DNA of 64,000 nucleotides from contig CM120642.1 in assembly GCA_051362555.1 (NCBI GenBank), forward strand, positions 18,910,001-18,974,000, read 5' to 3'. Positions 1 through 28,200 of this stretch are shown in pieces (position 1 is the first letter of the stretch; each line of letters begins with the position of its first letter). The position numbers and the translations under genes were made by a program. The DNA comes from Lingula anatina. Its lineage: Eukaryota > Animalia > Brachiopoda. The notes beneath the pieces are model-generated. The model did not search any database and was not told the origin of the DNA. It saw only the letters and a list, made by a program, of their open reading frames with translations.

Positions 1-52
1 TCTTCCTTGTGGAGAATTTAGTTCAAATTTGTGTTATTTTCATCTGTCTAAT

Positions 53-16265
<16,213 letters not shown>

Positions 16266-17559
16266 ACTGAACGAGTACTTTGAAAACTACATGTTGGTTA
16301 AATTTACTCTTTCTTTGCGACTTGCGGAATTTTCAAATATGACACATTTGTAGGTGGGGCTGCGATCAAGAGACACCAAAAGCAAGGTTATTCAGATTGT
16401 GTTAGCTGTGCCAAGAAGCGCGTTGGACAGCTGCAGCATTCCAAGACAGCTAAGCCACAAAAACTTTTACGTTAAATTTATGAGACTGTCCCTAAACGCA
16501 TCGTTGCATGCGCCCCTGCAAAACACCATACCAATATTTGGGGGGTAATTTTTTTTTTGCTTCGGATATAGCCTATTTTCAGTCTCCAGAAGAGTTGCGA
16601 GTATCAAATAAGTCATTTCTAAAAACTGTTGGTGAAATAATGAAGACTCAGTAATGCAAGGATTTGTTATCAATATTTATTTATATATGGTTACCGTACT
16701 AGTAAGCATTATCACATATCATTATGACACAATAAAAGTTAATTGACTTAACTCCGAGTAATAATATTTTCTAACCCATTTTCATATCCCGAACACACAC
16801 TCACTTAGCTGCCACTTATCATTTTCCGGATTCACATCCTTATTTTCCGAGTACATATTGTTAATTTGCACACACATATTATGCACCATATATATAAAAA
16901 GACATCAATAATTAGAAGAGGAGGTGGTATGACGTTATTGCAAAGGTCTATACCAATAGGACTACATGTATTTTGATCCGCCTCCGCCCCCTTTTTTAAT
17001 CAAACAGTAGGATTCGAGGATTGATTTGGACATTTGGAAGATTTCCTTAATCTTTGAATACTGTTGGGTATTAGCGCACCGTCTACTTCATCTCTGTTTT
17101 TGATTATGCCTCAGTGTCTGTGTCACAAAAAGGCCCCAGGTTCTGTGCCACGAAAGAAGTATAATCTTTGCTAAAACGAGCTTTGCTAATCCTGTGAAGG
17201 ATCTTACCGTCTTCGCCGACTAATTTGCCATTTCTGGAGGACTCCACAATAGTTATACTCGTTTTTTACCTTTATCTATTTATTTATTGGACATCTAACT
17301 AGTCCATCAGCTTAAAATATGATTGTCTGTGACATTTTTGATATGCCAACCTGATGCATTGGGTCGATTTTGTTTATAAAACACTCTGTTTAAATTGATG
17401 AAATATATACATCATAGTTTTAAACCTTTCTACATTAAAAGAATCTAAATATTGGTTATATAAAATCACATAAACTCACTTCGTTGTTACTTCCGACATA
17501 ACACTATTAATACTTCTTACAATAAAAAAAAAGAAAAGAAAAAGAAAAAGAAAATTGTT

Positions 17560-19731
17560 TCAAAAAACAAAAAGCAGGAAGCTCCCAAAGACGACATAAA
17601 GTGATGCCACAAACTCGGCGTTCCCGTTCCCCGTTCCGACAGTGGTGGAAGGGGGAGGGCGGCTGCTACCCTGTTGTCCGCCAGAATTGGTGCAGTTATT
17701 ACCCGGACTGGACGTATAGGTTTTCCCGTCAGGACACGAGCACATGTGCGAGGCTGAAGAATGAAAAAAGGGGGAGATTATTATTATTATTCCTCCTTTT
17801 GTAAATAACATGAATTCTATTCAATAAATAAAAATTGACATTTTTTGGGTTTGCTTTCCTCGGGAGAAAGTGAAAATCGCTGAGAAGAATATGGGTGTGA
17901 TGAGAGGGCTGTGGCATTCAATTTGAGTATCTTGTGACGGTGTTTTAGGTGAATTTATGAATGAACGTTAGTTATGTCATTGTGCTGGTGTTACGTGACG
18001 GAGAGTCCCGCATAACAGAGTCCGCTTCCCATTCATTTGTACAGGTGAGCCTCGCCTTAGATTTTGACCCAGATTAACCCCAACCATTGTAACTATATGG
18101 AGGGCGGACTTTCTGTTGCACGGACCCTCAGTTTCGTTACACCGGTTGTGACAGTGCGTTAGGAGTGCGGGTGTGACAGATGTGTCAATGTGTCGGTCAA
18201 TGACGCTATGTCAGGTGTGTCAAGTACCTATTTCGGATGTATCAGACTGTCAGTAGCTTACCTGCTGTGTTAGTACAAACGACCGAGGTAGGCACGTTCA
18301 ACATTGTCCCCGATGGTTGGCTGAGAATGCTTCCTCTGAAACAGCCAAGGTAATATGGCCACTCAGCTGTGACATGGTAGCGATACTGGCCATTAACGGT
18401 CCTCCCATGGCATTCGTCCAAGTCGGCGTTCGTAATGTTGCGATTAAGATCGGAGGCATAGGTGCCGTAGATTGGGAAACCGTCAAAGGCGACAGCGATG
18501 AGTTGGTCTGCTGTGCCTGTAATACATCAAATATATATTATATATATGTAATGCATATGATACATGTATGAGTAAACAGCTACCATACGAGAAATTGCAA
18601 TGTTTGAGTTGTGATATATTTACTGCGTTGAGGAAGGTTTATAAATCACTTTCAGGTTATGAAAAAAGGGAGGAAGAAGAAAAGGAGAAAAAGCGGAAGA
18701 AAGAGGTGAAAAAGAAGACGGAGAAATATGAAGAGAAACAAGGGAAGAAGAGGGAGGGGGGAGAAAAGGAATAAAGCAGAAGAAAAACGATTTCTAGAAG
18801 AAGAGGGGAAATTAAACTATCGTAGACCATTACGATTATCCAGAGTAAGATTCAGTTTATATTCAGTGAGAGTGTGATTGAGTAAATCCACTAATTGACG
18901 TTGGTTGCCTTTGGTCCGATAACAAATCGCATAAAATGAGCGTGTTACACACCGTTGTATACGCAAGCCGGGGATATGTGGTAATGATAGGCCCCTCTAG
19001 TATCGGGATGTCCACTGCACGAGTCGAAGGTCTCAGCGACTGCTGCATCACAATTGGTGCTGGTTAGGGGGTTAAAAACCGCCACGCCGTTGACACCTGG
19101 TGGAAAATACAGGAAACCATAATTTGCATTTTGGGCCCTCCGCTATCTTGTCTATTCTCTCTCCCTCTCCAACTCTCATTCATTTGTTATCATTGTAATC
19201 AATGTAACGGAATTGCTTTTTTTTTTTTTCAAAATTGATGGACCTTCGTATGAGTCTTGGGGTTTATTTATTTATTTATTTATTTTTATTTTTTTTTTGG
19301 GGGGGGGGGGCAATCTGTACAAATAAAAAATCATATTATTCAAAGCAAACTACAGTATTCCTGAAAATCATTCGGCGTAGTCGTGACACATACTGGTAAA
19401 TCAAAACTACATGTATAAAAGGAATAACGCAATGAAAAACGGAAAATATACAGGTACCTATTCCGATTGGTCCCATTGGTAAGCAGTATTTGTTCGAGCC
19501 GGATGGTGTTTGCGGTATCTTGTACTTGTAATTCTGGTTCGTTGCGCTGTTCGGATTCACGGAGCTGGTATGATGATCCGGTAATCCGGTGCTATTGATC
19601 GTGTAATCCGATGCTCCGGTGGTGAAGGTCACAGCTGTTGAGAAAGCGTTTTTCTCACTGTTGGTCAAGCCGGACACTGGCCGCATAAAACAAGTGAACG
19701 CCAGTAACAGGAAGCTGGTCGAAATTGCCAT
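17560..19731 (-). CDS. Secreted, probably GPI-anchored YHYH-domain protein, about 288 aa
   Basis: Exons 19458-19731, 18953-19096, 18262-18516, 17560-17753 (all phase-1 GT-AG introns). Signal peptide MAISTSFLLLAFTCFMRPVSG; motifs STGLPDH, GPIGIGVNGVAVFNP, DSCSGHPDTRGAYHYH, IAVAFDGFPIYG, DLDECHG, YRYHVTAEWPYYLGCFRG; S/T/G-rich linker and hydrophobic C-terminal tail. Confidence 0.9.
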
Positions 19732-19824
19732 TTTGGACCTGTCAAATTAAAAATACAACTGATAATTGATTAAAAAAGTATCTTGATAGGGTATTGGATG
19801 ATTGAATATCTGATGCTCAGAGTT

Positions 19825-19924
<100 letters not shown>

Positions 19925-21806
19925 GCACACACGCTTTCCATTCACCACTTTTCTCTTAAATTAAACGCCACCGATCGAAATGCTGAAGAGGAGAGGGTTT
20001 CATTCAGCAACACAAGTACAATATCTTTAAATCTAGGCTCCACTCTGCGTTGACTATTGAACATCAAGGTGCTCTGCAAACCAGCTGTTTTCTCTAAAAC
20101 AGTATGTTTACTAAAGCATGGAGGACACAGTTAAGATGGTCGATAATATACAGTAAGTCACCAACTTTAACAGTAATCCAACAACAAGTAGCATTTTTTT
20201 TATCCCAGGTGATTTACTCATAAAGCATCCCAGGGTGTGGCACTGAAATGCTTATAGAGCTGACCTCAATTTACACATGTATTCTTCTTGCATGATGTGA
20301 AGCGATTATACTCTTGAGTTTTCCTTTTCTTTTTTTTTCTATAAATTGATTGAAGGTTCACTGATTTACTCAAATATCACCCTAGAGACTGAATTGCTAA
20401 TAGAGCTGATCTCAACTTATCCTCCTTGCATAACCTGAACTGAATAGACTAGTGAGTATTCTTCTTTTTTCTTTTTATCTTTCTATAAAATGACTGAGGT
20501 TCACTAACTGCATTGCAGTGATTGGACATTCGGAATCGCATTAATGCCCATGCAGGGCTTTCCTAGACGGAATCACTCGGATAACTGCAGTATGCCGAGC
20601 AAGCTATATGCGACGTACTTAACAAGATTCATAAGAATTCTGTGATTCTTGCTTTTCTCAGCATTAGCTAAGCGGATAAGGACTTGGATTGAAACGCCTT
20701 AAATCTTTAAAAAGATAAAAATTTTATTATGCCACACCCTCACCAGTCGCAACTGGGCCGAGCAAGCCACGTGTGCACGTACATATAAGTCACCAGATTC
20801 TGCAGATTTTGCCTTTCGAGACGTACGGGAATGCTTAAAAGATATACCGCATACTATTATCAACACCAAAAATTATTAAGCACCTTGCACGGTACAACTG
20901 CACTTCTTACCTGTATGAGACGCTGTGCTAATGTCAACGGGCAGACGAGGTAAAAATGACGCGCCGCTCTCGTGACTCTTTTTTTTTTTTTTTTTCTATT
21001 TGAGTTAAAGAATTGCCCTGACTCCAGTTCACATTCAATAGCTATATTATTGATCGTAATGTTTTCATGCTCCAGGTCAGGCATAAATGTTTTGCTATTG
21101 CTAGGTCACCCGCTTCGCGCTTTGTTCAGTGCTTTTGTTAGACAGTCACGAGTTTTCTCATATTGAACGGGTGAGAAGACAATAGCTCTTGTCAATATTA
21201 GGGCATCTGTCCTAGAAAAATATTTGACTCGCTATTAGCTTTGCATATTTCAGTAGCCCCTGATTATGAGCGTGAGTGTTAGCGAGTGCGTGCGCTTACA
21301 AGTGCATGTGTGTGCTTGTCAGCACAAGGGTTAGGGCAAACTTTCATTAAATACATAGTTCTGTTGGTAACTAAAATTTGTCAACTAAAATGCTTTAACT
21401 CGTCTCATTTTCAAAACGAGAAGTATTCTGCGGTTGCTCCAAGCATTTTCCCATAGAAATAGGTACAGTTAAGTTCTCTCAATTTCATATCTGAACTTGG
21501 AGAATGTTTATCATAAGTGTACCAACGAGACAGTGATTGTATCGCTGATATTCCTTTCAGTTTAATGTGTTCCTCTATCGATGAGAAGTGATATTGTTCA
21601 GATGAATTTGAAATTTAATTTATTTTCCTTGCGCTTATCAACGTGCAGTCTTTGTCCCATTAAATGTTCTCACGACAGGTGAAGTTGGTTTTCTTCGAAT
21701 TTGAAATTTTTGACGTCAAAGTCGGAGCTGCAATCCAGAAACTTATTGATAATAAGAATGAGCGAAAGCTTCGGCAGCAATTTATGTTGTGGATCTGAGA
21801 GTAAAG

Positions 21807-23290
21807 ATGTCGCGTAAAAGTAAATATTTCATCGTTCTTGTAATGTTAATTGCACTATGGTCGTCGGTATACGCGCAGATATCAAGCAGTAAGTAGTATT
21901 AAGTCTACTACAAGCAATCTACCATTATATTTAATTGTAGTTTTGCTAATTTTGCTTCATAAATAATTTTTTTGAAAAAAACTGATTTACTTTATAACTT
22001 ATAATGTGACGTACTTAATACTAAAGTATACACGGAGTAAAAAAAAAAAAGAAAAATCGATATGTCTTTTAAACCAATGGTATTAAATCACGCTATAGAC
22101 ATAATTTGACTATATAACAAAATACACTGTATCATTATCAGCTGCTCAAACATGGCAGGCGATTTTTTATTTAAAAAATCTAGGTGAGCTGATCAAATTT
22201 GTTCGTGACGGACTGGACGAAACCATCCATGACGACGGCAAGGCCCTGTCGGCTGCTTTGGTGGAGTCATCCAATGAATGGGTGAAGCTGGATGAACGGT
22301 GGCCGGCGCTGGAAAATCTTTGGCAATATCTGGGCACCAGCGTGGTTGAGGAATTCGAAGAAAGAAATAGGTGGAGCAAGAGTGCAGTGGATTGGTCAGA
22401 GAAGGTAGATTCCCCTTGTCTTCCGTTATTGTGCTTATTTAATGTGACCGGTAAAGAAACCGAGCAAAAAAAAAAAAAAACTATCAACACAAACAAACGA
22501 ATAAAAAGCTTGACAGGACGATGTCTTTTATGCCTAGACAAAAAACATCAGAAAATGTTTTTTCATGACAAGCACGTGTATATTTTAAATTTTCCTATAA
22601 GAAAAACCAAATACTTTCTTTTTCTCTTAACTTTCATTATATTTCATTATATTTATATAATAAACTCTTTCATTATGCTTATTTATTTTTGTTTTTAAAT
22701 ACAACAGGTAAGACACGTCAAAAATGTCATGATATACCTCCTTTCCACATTCAAACAATTCACAGAAAGTGATTGTCAGATACAAGAAATGTACATTTCC
22801 AATTTACGCTGTCTATTAAACTGAAGCAAATAATAAACTGGGGAGAAAAAGCGCCATAATAAACATTTTAGAAAGGTTTATAAGGAGGACATCGGTAAAG
22901 ATAATTCACGATAACATTGACGACGGTTATTCGAAGTAAAAAATTGCAAATGAAAGATTGAAATTAATATGTCGTTTGAACATGTCGTTTGTGGCGAGCA
23001 TAAAAGAGAATATGTATCTATGGGATACGAAGATTGATGGTGTTATAATAATAGCATTCATAAGATCGAGAATCAAATTCCGTCATCGAAGAAGCAAGTT
23101 GAGAGAAAAAGAAGGTATTTGGTCCTTTTTAAAGAACAATTTAAGATATACATGTACTTGTTATGAAAAAAAAACTTATTCTCACGCATAGGTTTTTTGT
23201 CTGGGCATTGAAAAATAGTCTTTTCAAGCTTTTTGTTTGTTTGTTTGTGTTGATAGTTTTTTACTCGGTTTCTTTACCGGTCACATACCT

Positions 23291-23321
<31 letters not shown>

Positions 23322-24460
23322 CAAAAGACGAATATTCTTTGATTAGGCCAATAGATTATACATAATGTTTACATATTATAATATCTCATTAACAGTCAAA
23401 ATTATGAAGCGTTTTTTTTTTAAACTTAGGACCCCTTATTTATTTATTTATTAATTTATTATATTGTCAGGTGATCGAATGGATGTCAAAACTGATGAAA
23501 ATCATCACTGCCCTCCAGATCCCCTGCAGCGCTGTGCAGGATACAGCTCTCATCAACCAAGCTCTTGCAGACATGCGGAAAGCCGTAGACATCAATACTA
23601 AGGAGGGGCTGACAGTGACACTCGGAAAGATATCGGAATCAGCCCGACTTCACTCGAATGCCTCCGACAAAATCCGTGGCCTTTCGGCAGACTTCGTCGT
23701 AGTGACGTACATGCAGTTTCTTCCTTTTCTGGGCAACTTGTCGGATGTTGCAGTGCGTTTGGAGGACGTGGTGAAGGACTGCAAAGAACCACTCAAGAGA
23801 GATGTTCATTATGAGAACTTGCAAGAGCTTGTTTGGGATTTAAGAGAAATTAAGAATAATGCTGACGCGTTGCAAGAAGAGAGCAAATCCAATGTGGAGC
23901 GTGTAGAGATGTTATACGAAATGTGTAATGGTGAGTTTTTCTGAGACTTTTCAAAGTAAGGGATGAATTTGGAATTATTTTGAACATTTCTATCTAGCAA
24001 AAGGAACCTCACATTTTTTGATAAACTTGTAATTATACACTCGTTTAATTTATGTACATATTCAATCTTAGTAAAAGAAATCGTAAATTGTTACATACAA
24101 AATGCAAATATGTTATCATATACTAAAAGCCTTTTCTCGAGGGGGGGGGGAGGGCAATAATCGCACGCAAAAATCCCCCGCTCTGTCAAATTCTAATATT
24201 GATAGCTGACAGACATTATTTGTTGGGAAATAATCCGTTCTCACTATATATCAGATGCCGGCCGAGTTCGACTGTGCGAAGCCTTCAGTCGAATCAGCCA
24301 GAACAGGACATCTTCCACGTCAAACCCAGGCAGGAGGCGGAATGGAAGAGAAGCCCGATCGTTACCCGCCCCAAGATTCTTCAGTAACTGGATCTTCAGA
24401 GGAAACAGAAAGAGGTCTATTGCAGGCACCAGTAAAAAACGTTCCTTCAGCAAACCGTAG
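21807..24460 (+). CDS. Uncharacterised secreted, probably helical protein (~322 aa) with a basic C-terminus
   Basis: Phase-consistent exons 21807-21888 (MSRKSKYFIVLVMLIALWSSVYA signal peptide), 22184-22404, 23471-23930, 24255-24460. GC-rich exons in AT-rich introns. The tail contains GRRR, RKR and KKR. Confidence 0.78.
22442..23286. mobile_element. Non-autonomous DNA transposon with ~150-bp imperfect TIRs
   Basis: ATGTGACCGGTAAAGAAACCGAG...CTATCAACACAAACAAAC versus GTTTGTTTGTGTTGATAG...CTCGGTTTCTTTACCGGTCACAT. Confidence 0.8.
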
Positions 24461-25280
24461 GGCAGACAGTTCCGAATCTTTGTCGTGGGAAAAGAGATGG
24501 TCGTCAAATAATGAAAATGATGCTGGGTTTTAAGGTAATAAATGACTTTAGAAGAAGATTGGGATGGTGAAGACAAAGCGTCAATGTAATGAAATAATTA
24601 TAATACATTTAAAAATGTGCGTACATTTAATTTGTCACAGTCACTAATAATATAAAGTAATGCTGGTTTTGACTGGCAACGTGTCAACAAGAGACTTGCC
24701 TGTGCACAAATACACATGAATTATTCAAACTATTTTTTCATTAACAATAGCGTTCAACGCAAGATGGAAATCAAATACTTGGCTTTAATTTTCTTTATGC
24801 TGAAAAATAGCACTGTGGGCAGGTTTTCGACAAAGCAAACAGGGGAATAAAAAAAATCAGAGTTGTCATGATATTAAACTAAGATGCATCATACTTAAAT
24901 TTTTTGAGGTAGAAGAAAAGAAACATTATAAAACTTCAGTTTCAGGGTTTAACAGAGGTTTCAAGACCCAGTGGAAACATTACATTTTCAATTATGCTTA
25001 TCCTTCCTTGCCACAATATTTACTTTTTTCTTGTAATCCTATATTTTTGATGACAATAGAGAGATTATACAGAGACAAGTGACGGAAAAACAAGTGATTA
25101 TAGCAAAGTTAAGAATCTTGGTCAAAATTGATCAATTTCTTAATTAATTAATAAAAAACAATCAAAATGAATTATATATTTGTTCAATACTAAACACTTC
25201 TCTTCCTGTATAAATCTACTTTATAATAAACTTATTTTTTTCATTTCTGACATCTTGTTTGACTAGGTTATTTTTCCGTA

Positions 25281-28200
25281 TCAATTGGTTGGTGTTTTAT
25301 TCTGATTTTTGTGACTCCTCCAAAATTTTCTCTTTGAATTGTGCCTTTTTCTCCTTCCGGTGCAAATACCTGCAATTAAATATTGAAAAATGAATCAATA
25401 CAAAAACCACTTCATACGAGCCAAGCTCTTATTTCAAACTGTTTTTATAATTGTACAGGTAGGCATTCTCTATATGCAGGACCTACATGTATATCCTCCA
25501 CCTAAACTTATGAAACCATCTTCATCGGACAATAGAACCAAAAACATGCTGATGGTCAAAAGAATAACGTGAACTCCGTCTTCCATGATCATATTTCTAT
25601 TATCATATTCTATCCTCTATGGCATATATCTTTCTGTAAAACATTTAATGTGCTTCATCACCACGGCAGTGATATATTCGGCTTCAATAAACTATATTTC
25701 TTTAAATACCTATCTAAATATCTAAATGTTCGAAATTACACTTAGATATTAAAATCATACAACGAAAAGAAACGACTTACAGTCTGATAGTCTTTCTTCA
25801 AGCACAGAAAGCTGAGCACTCATCGAGTAAAACCTGGTCTCCATCTCCGTCTTCATGTCTTTGAGGTTAGAAAATATAAAGGAGACCTCGGACTCTTGTG
25901 GAGAACGTGTTGGTTGCATTGTGGTAGTTGCGACAGGCGGCAGTTTGCCGGTTGTGATCACCACTGTTGCAGCGGCTTCTTTCGTTGTCGGTTTCGTTGA
26001 CGAAGTTTCTGGTGTTAAGAATTCCTTTAATCCGATGGGATCTAAGTCCACTTTTGTAGCATTGTGAAGAATTGCTTTCAAGTCACTTTTCAGCGCTTTC
26101 TGAAATAAGGCATTTATTAAATCAGGTAAAATAACATCACAGTGATGCCCTGATATTGAATCTTCTAAAGTTTTTACTCTGAACCTTACAAAGTCGCACC
26201 TTCTTTTTTTGAGATTACACACGGCCTTTTCCAACAATTTGTGTCTACAACGCTCAAATCTAGAAATATCCTTTCTGTTCTTAGCTTTCGTACCGGTACC
26301 AACATATTCGTTAATTCCGACTTTATTATTATTATTATCATTAGAATTATTTGTGATTGGTTTCTGAATGAAAAATCATGTTCAGTATTTTTCTAAAACT
26401 CACATTTTCTTGTTGAAGATTCTCCACTTCAGAAGAAAGTTTTTGGAGTTTTTTATCCAACAATTTATATTCTTTGGAGCATGACAAACAAACTGAAAGA
26501 GAAAACGAATAAAGCGTTAAACAAAGAAACACTAATAAGAAATGCAGCTGAAGAACAAATCAGGCCCCAAAAAGCACATAAATCTCACCATATTTTTTAT
26601 TCATATTCAAATGGCTAATGTGTCAGCAAAATTAAAACAGTGAAGGGAACAGTAATCGTTTATTTACATTGAATAAATTAACATGATAATTAAAAAATAA
26701 TCGTGGAAGCTCAATAGATTAGCCAGGAAATCAGACTCAGAATATTTATATAAACCCCAAGTTGAAGAAGAAATATTGAGTAAATTCAGTTTTACCAATA
26801 TCAGCTCTTACATTCACAGGATTTTCCATCCGCACCAAGAGAAAATCCATCACTGCAGGTACATGAAAAACTGCCTTCCGTGTTGACGCATTTGTGGGAG
26901 CAGCCATGCTCACCAGACTTACATTCGTCTATATCTGTCAGGAAAAATGGATTTAATTTTAAATTCTAATTTTTAATTTTGAATGACACAAAGGCTTGAA
27001 ACTTGTTTACGATTTGCGGAAAAATAATTGTCGAAAAAATTTCGGCACATGTTAAAATTTATTCGGATTCAAATCAACTACCTTCCACCTCCTCAGAAAA
27101 AGTCAAATTATCATATTTAAAAAGATGTCTTTCCCAGAAATGATACGTATTTGTTGTTGATGAAATGTTTGACCGTTTTAATTTGAATTGAAATGATCTG
27201 AAAACTTAAGAGTGCAAACCTGTCTTGCAGTCTTTCCCCGTCCACCCAGCAGGACACTTGCATCTGTCTGGCTGGACGCAAAAACCACTGCCACATCCTT
27301 TACTGCACACAGCTGGAAATAAATAAATAAATAAATAAATAAATAAAAACACGCCTTAGCGTGTTGATTCATAGTAATTTAAACGTACATGTACATGTAA
27401 ATATGTCCTATGTAATTATCTTATTTCTTTTTGAACTACGGCGACCCGCTGCATTAGTCTGTAGTCAAAATTTGTAGACTATACGAATAATAAGTGGGAT
27501 TAGGGGAAAAAGAAGAGAGAGAGGAAGAAAGAGAGAAAAGAAAACAATACGAAGTAAAAAGAAATTAATCTAAATTGTTGAGCTACAAGGGGACAGATAC
27601 TTTACGCAAGGGCGGATCCAGGATTATTTGAAGGGGGTCCGCGGATGCGAAGCCAACCCTCCCCCCCCCCCCCCCCCCAATTTGGTATTAGAGGGCGAAC
27701 GGTGCCATTTGGTACGGTGTGATTCAGCTAGTCAAAATTCTATTTTTAGAAGAGACCATTGGTGTTATTTTTTTTCAAGAATTGAAGGTGTGGGGGGGGG
27801 GGGGGGGTCAGGTCCTCCTAGCATGACCCCCCCCTAAACCCGCCATTGATACGCACGTTTCATGCAGGAAGTAGTGTAGGGCGTGACCCTTTTCCAGCCA
27901 TGACAACAGTTATATACTCTCTGCTTCTGAACGTGGTTTTGATAGACCTTTCTGTAAGCTAGCTGGTAAATCAACCTGGTAAGAAAACAAAATAAATAAG
28001 TTAGAAAATAAACAGATCATCAACAGAGAGAGGAATAAATAGATAACGGGATAGTTAAAAAAATAGATGCGATGCAATGACTGAAAATGAATGCCTCTGC
28101 ATCTAATTCTATTTGTTGTTCTCAAGGACGCACGAAATTCTTCAAAAACATATAACCGAGTTAATTTGCTTTTACAGGTTTTCAAAAACCAAGTACGTTA

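Noticed and set aside
16400-16520. RFX X-box in the KIF3A promoter
   Set aside because: Only weak, multi-mismatch matches to GTTGCCATGGCAAC.
24255-24533. ORF-track 92-aa frame (MPAEFDC...) as the last exon
   Set aside because: The preceding intron is phase 1, so the exon is read in another frame ending at TAG 24458-24460.
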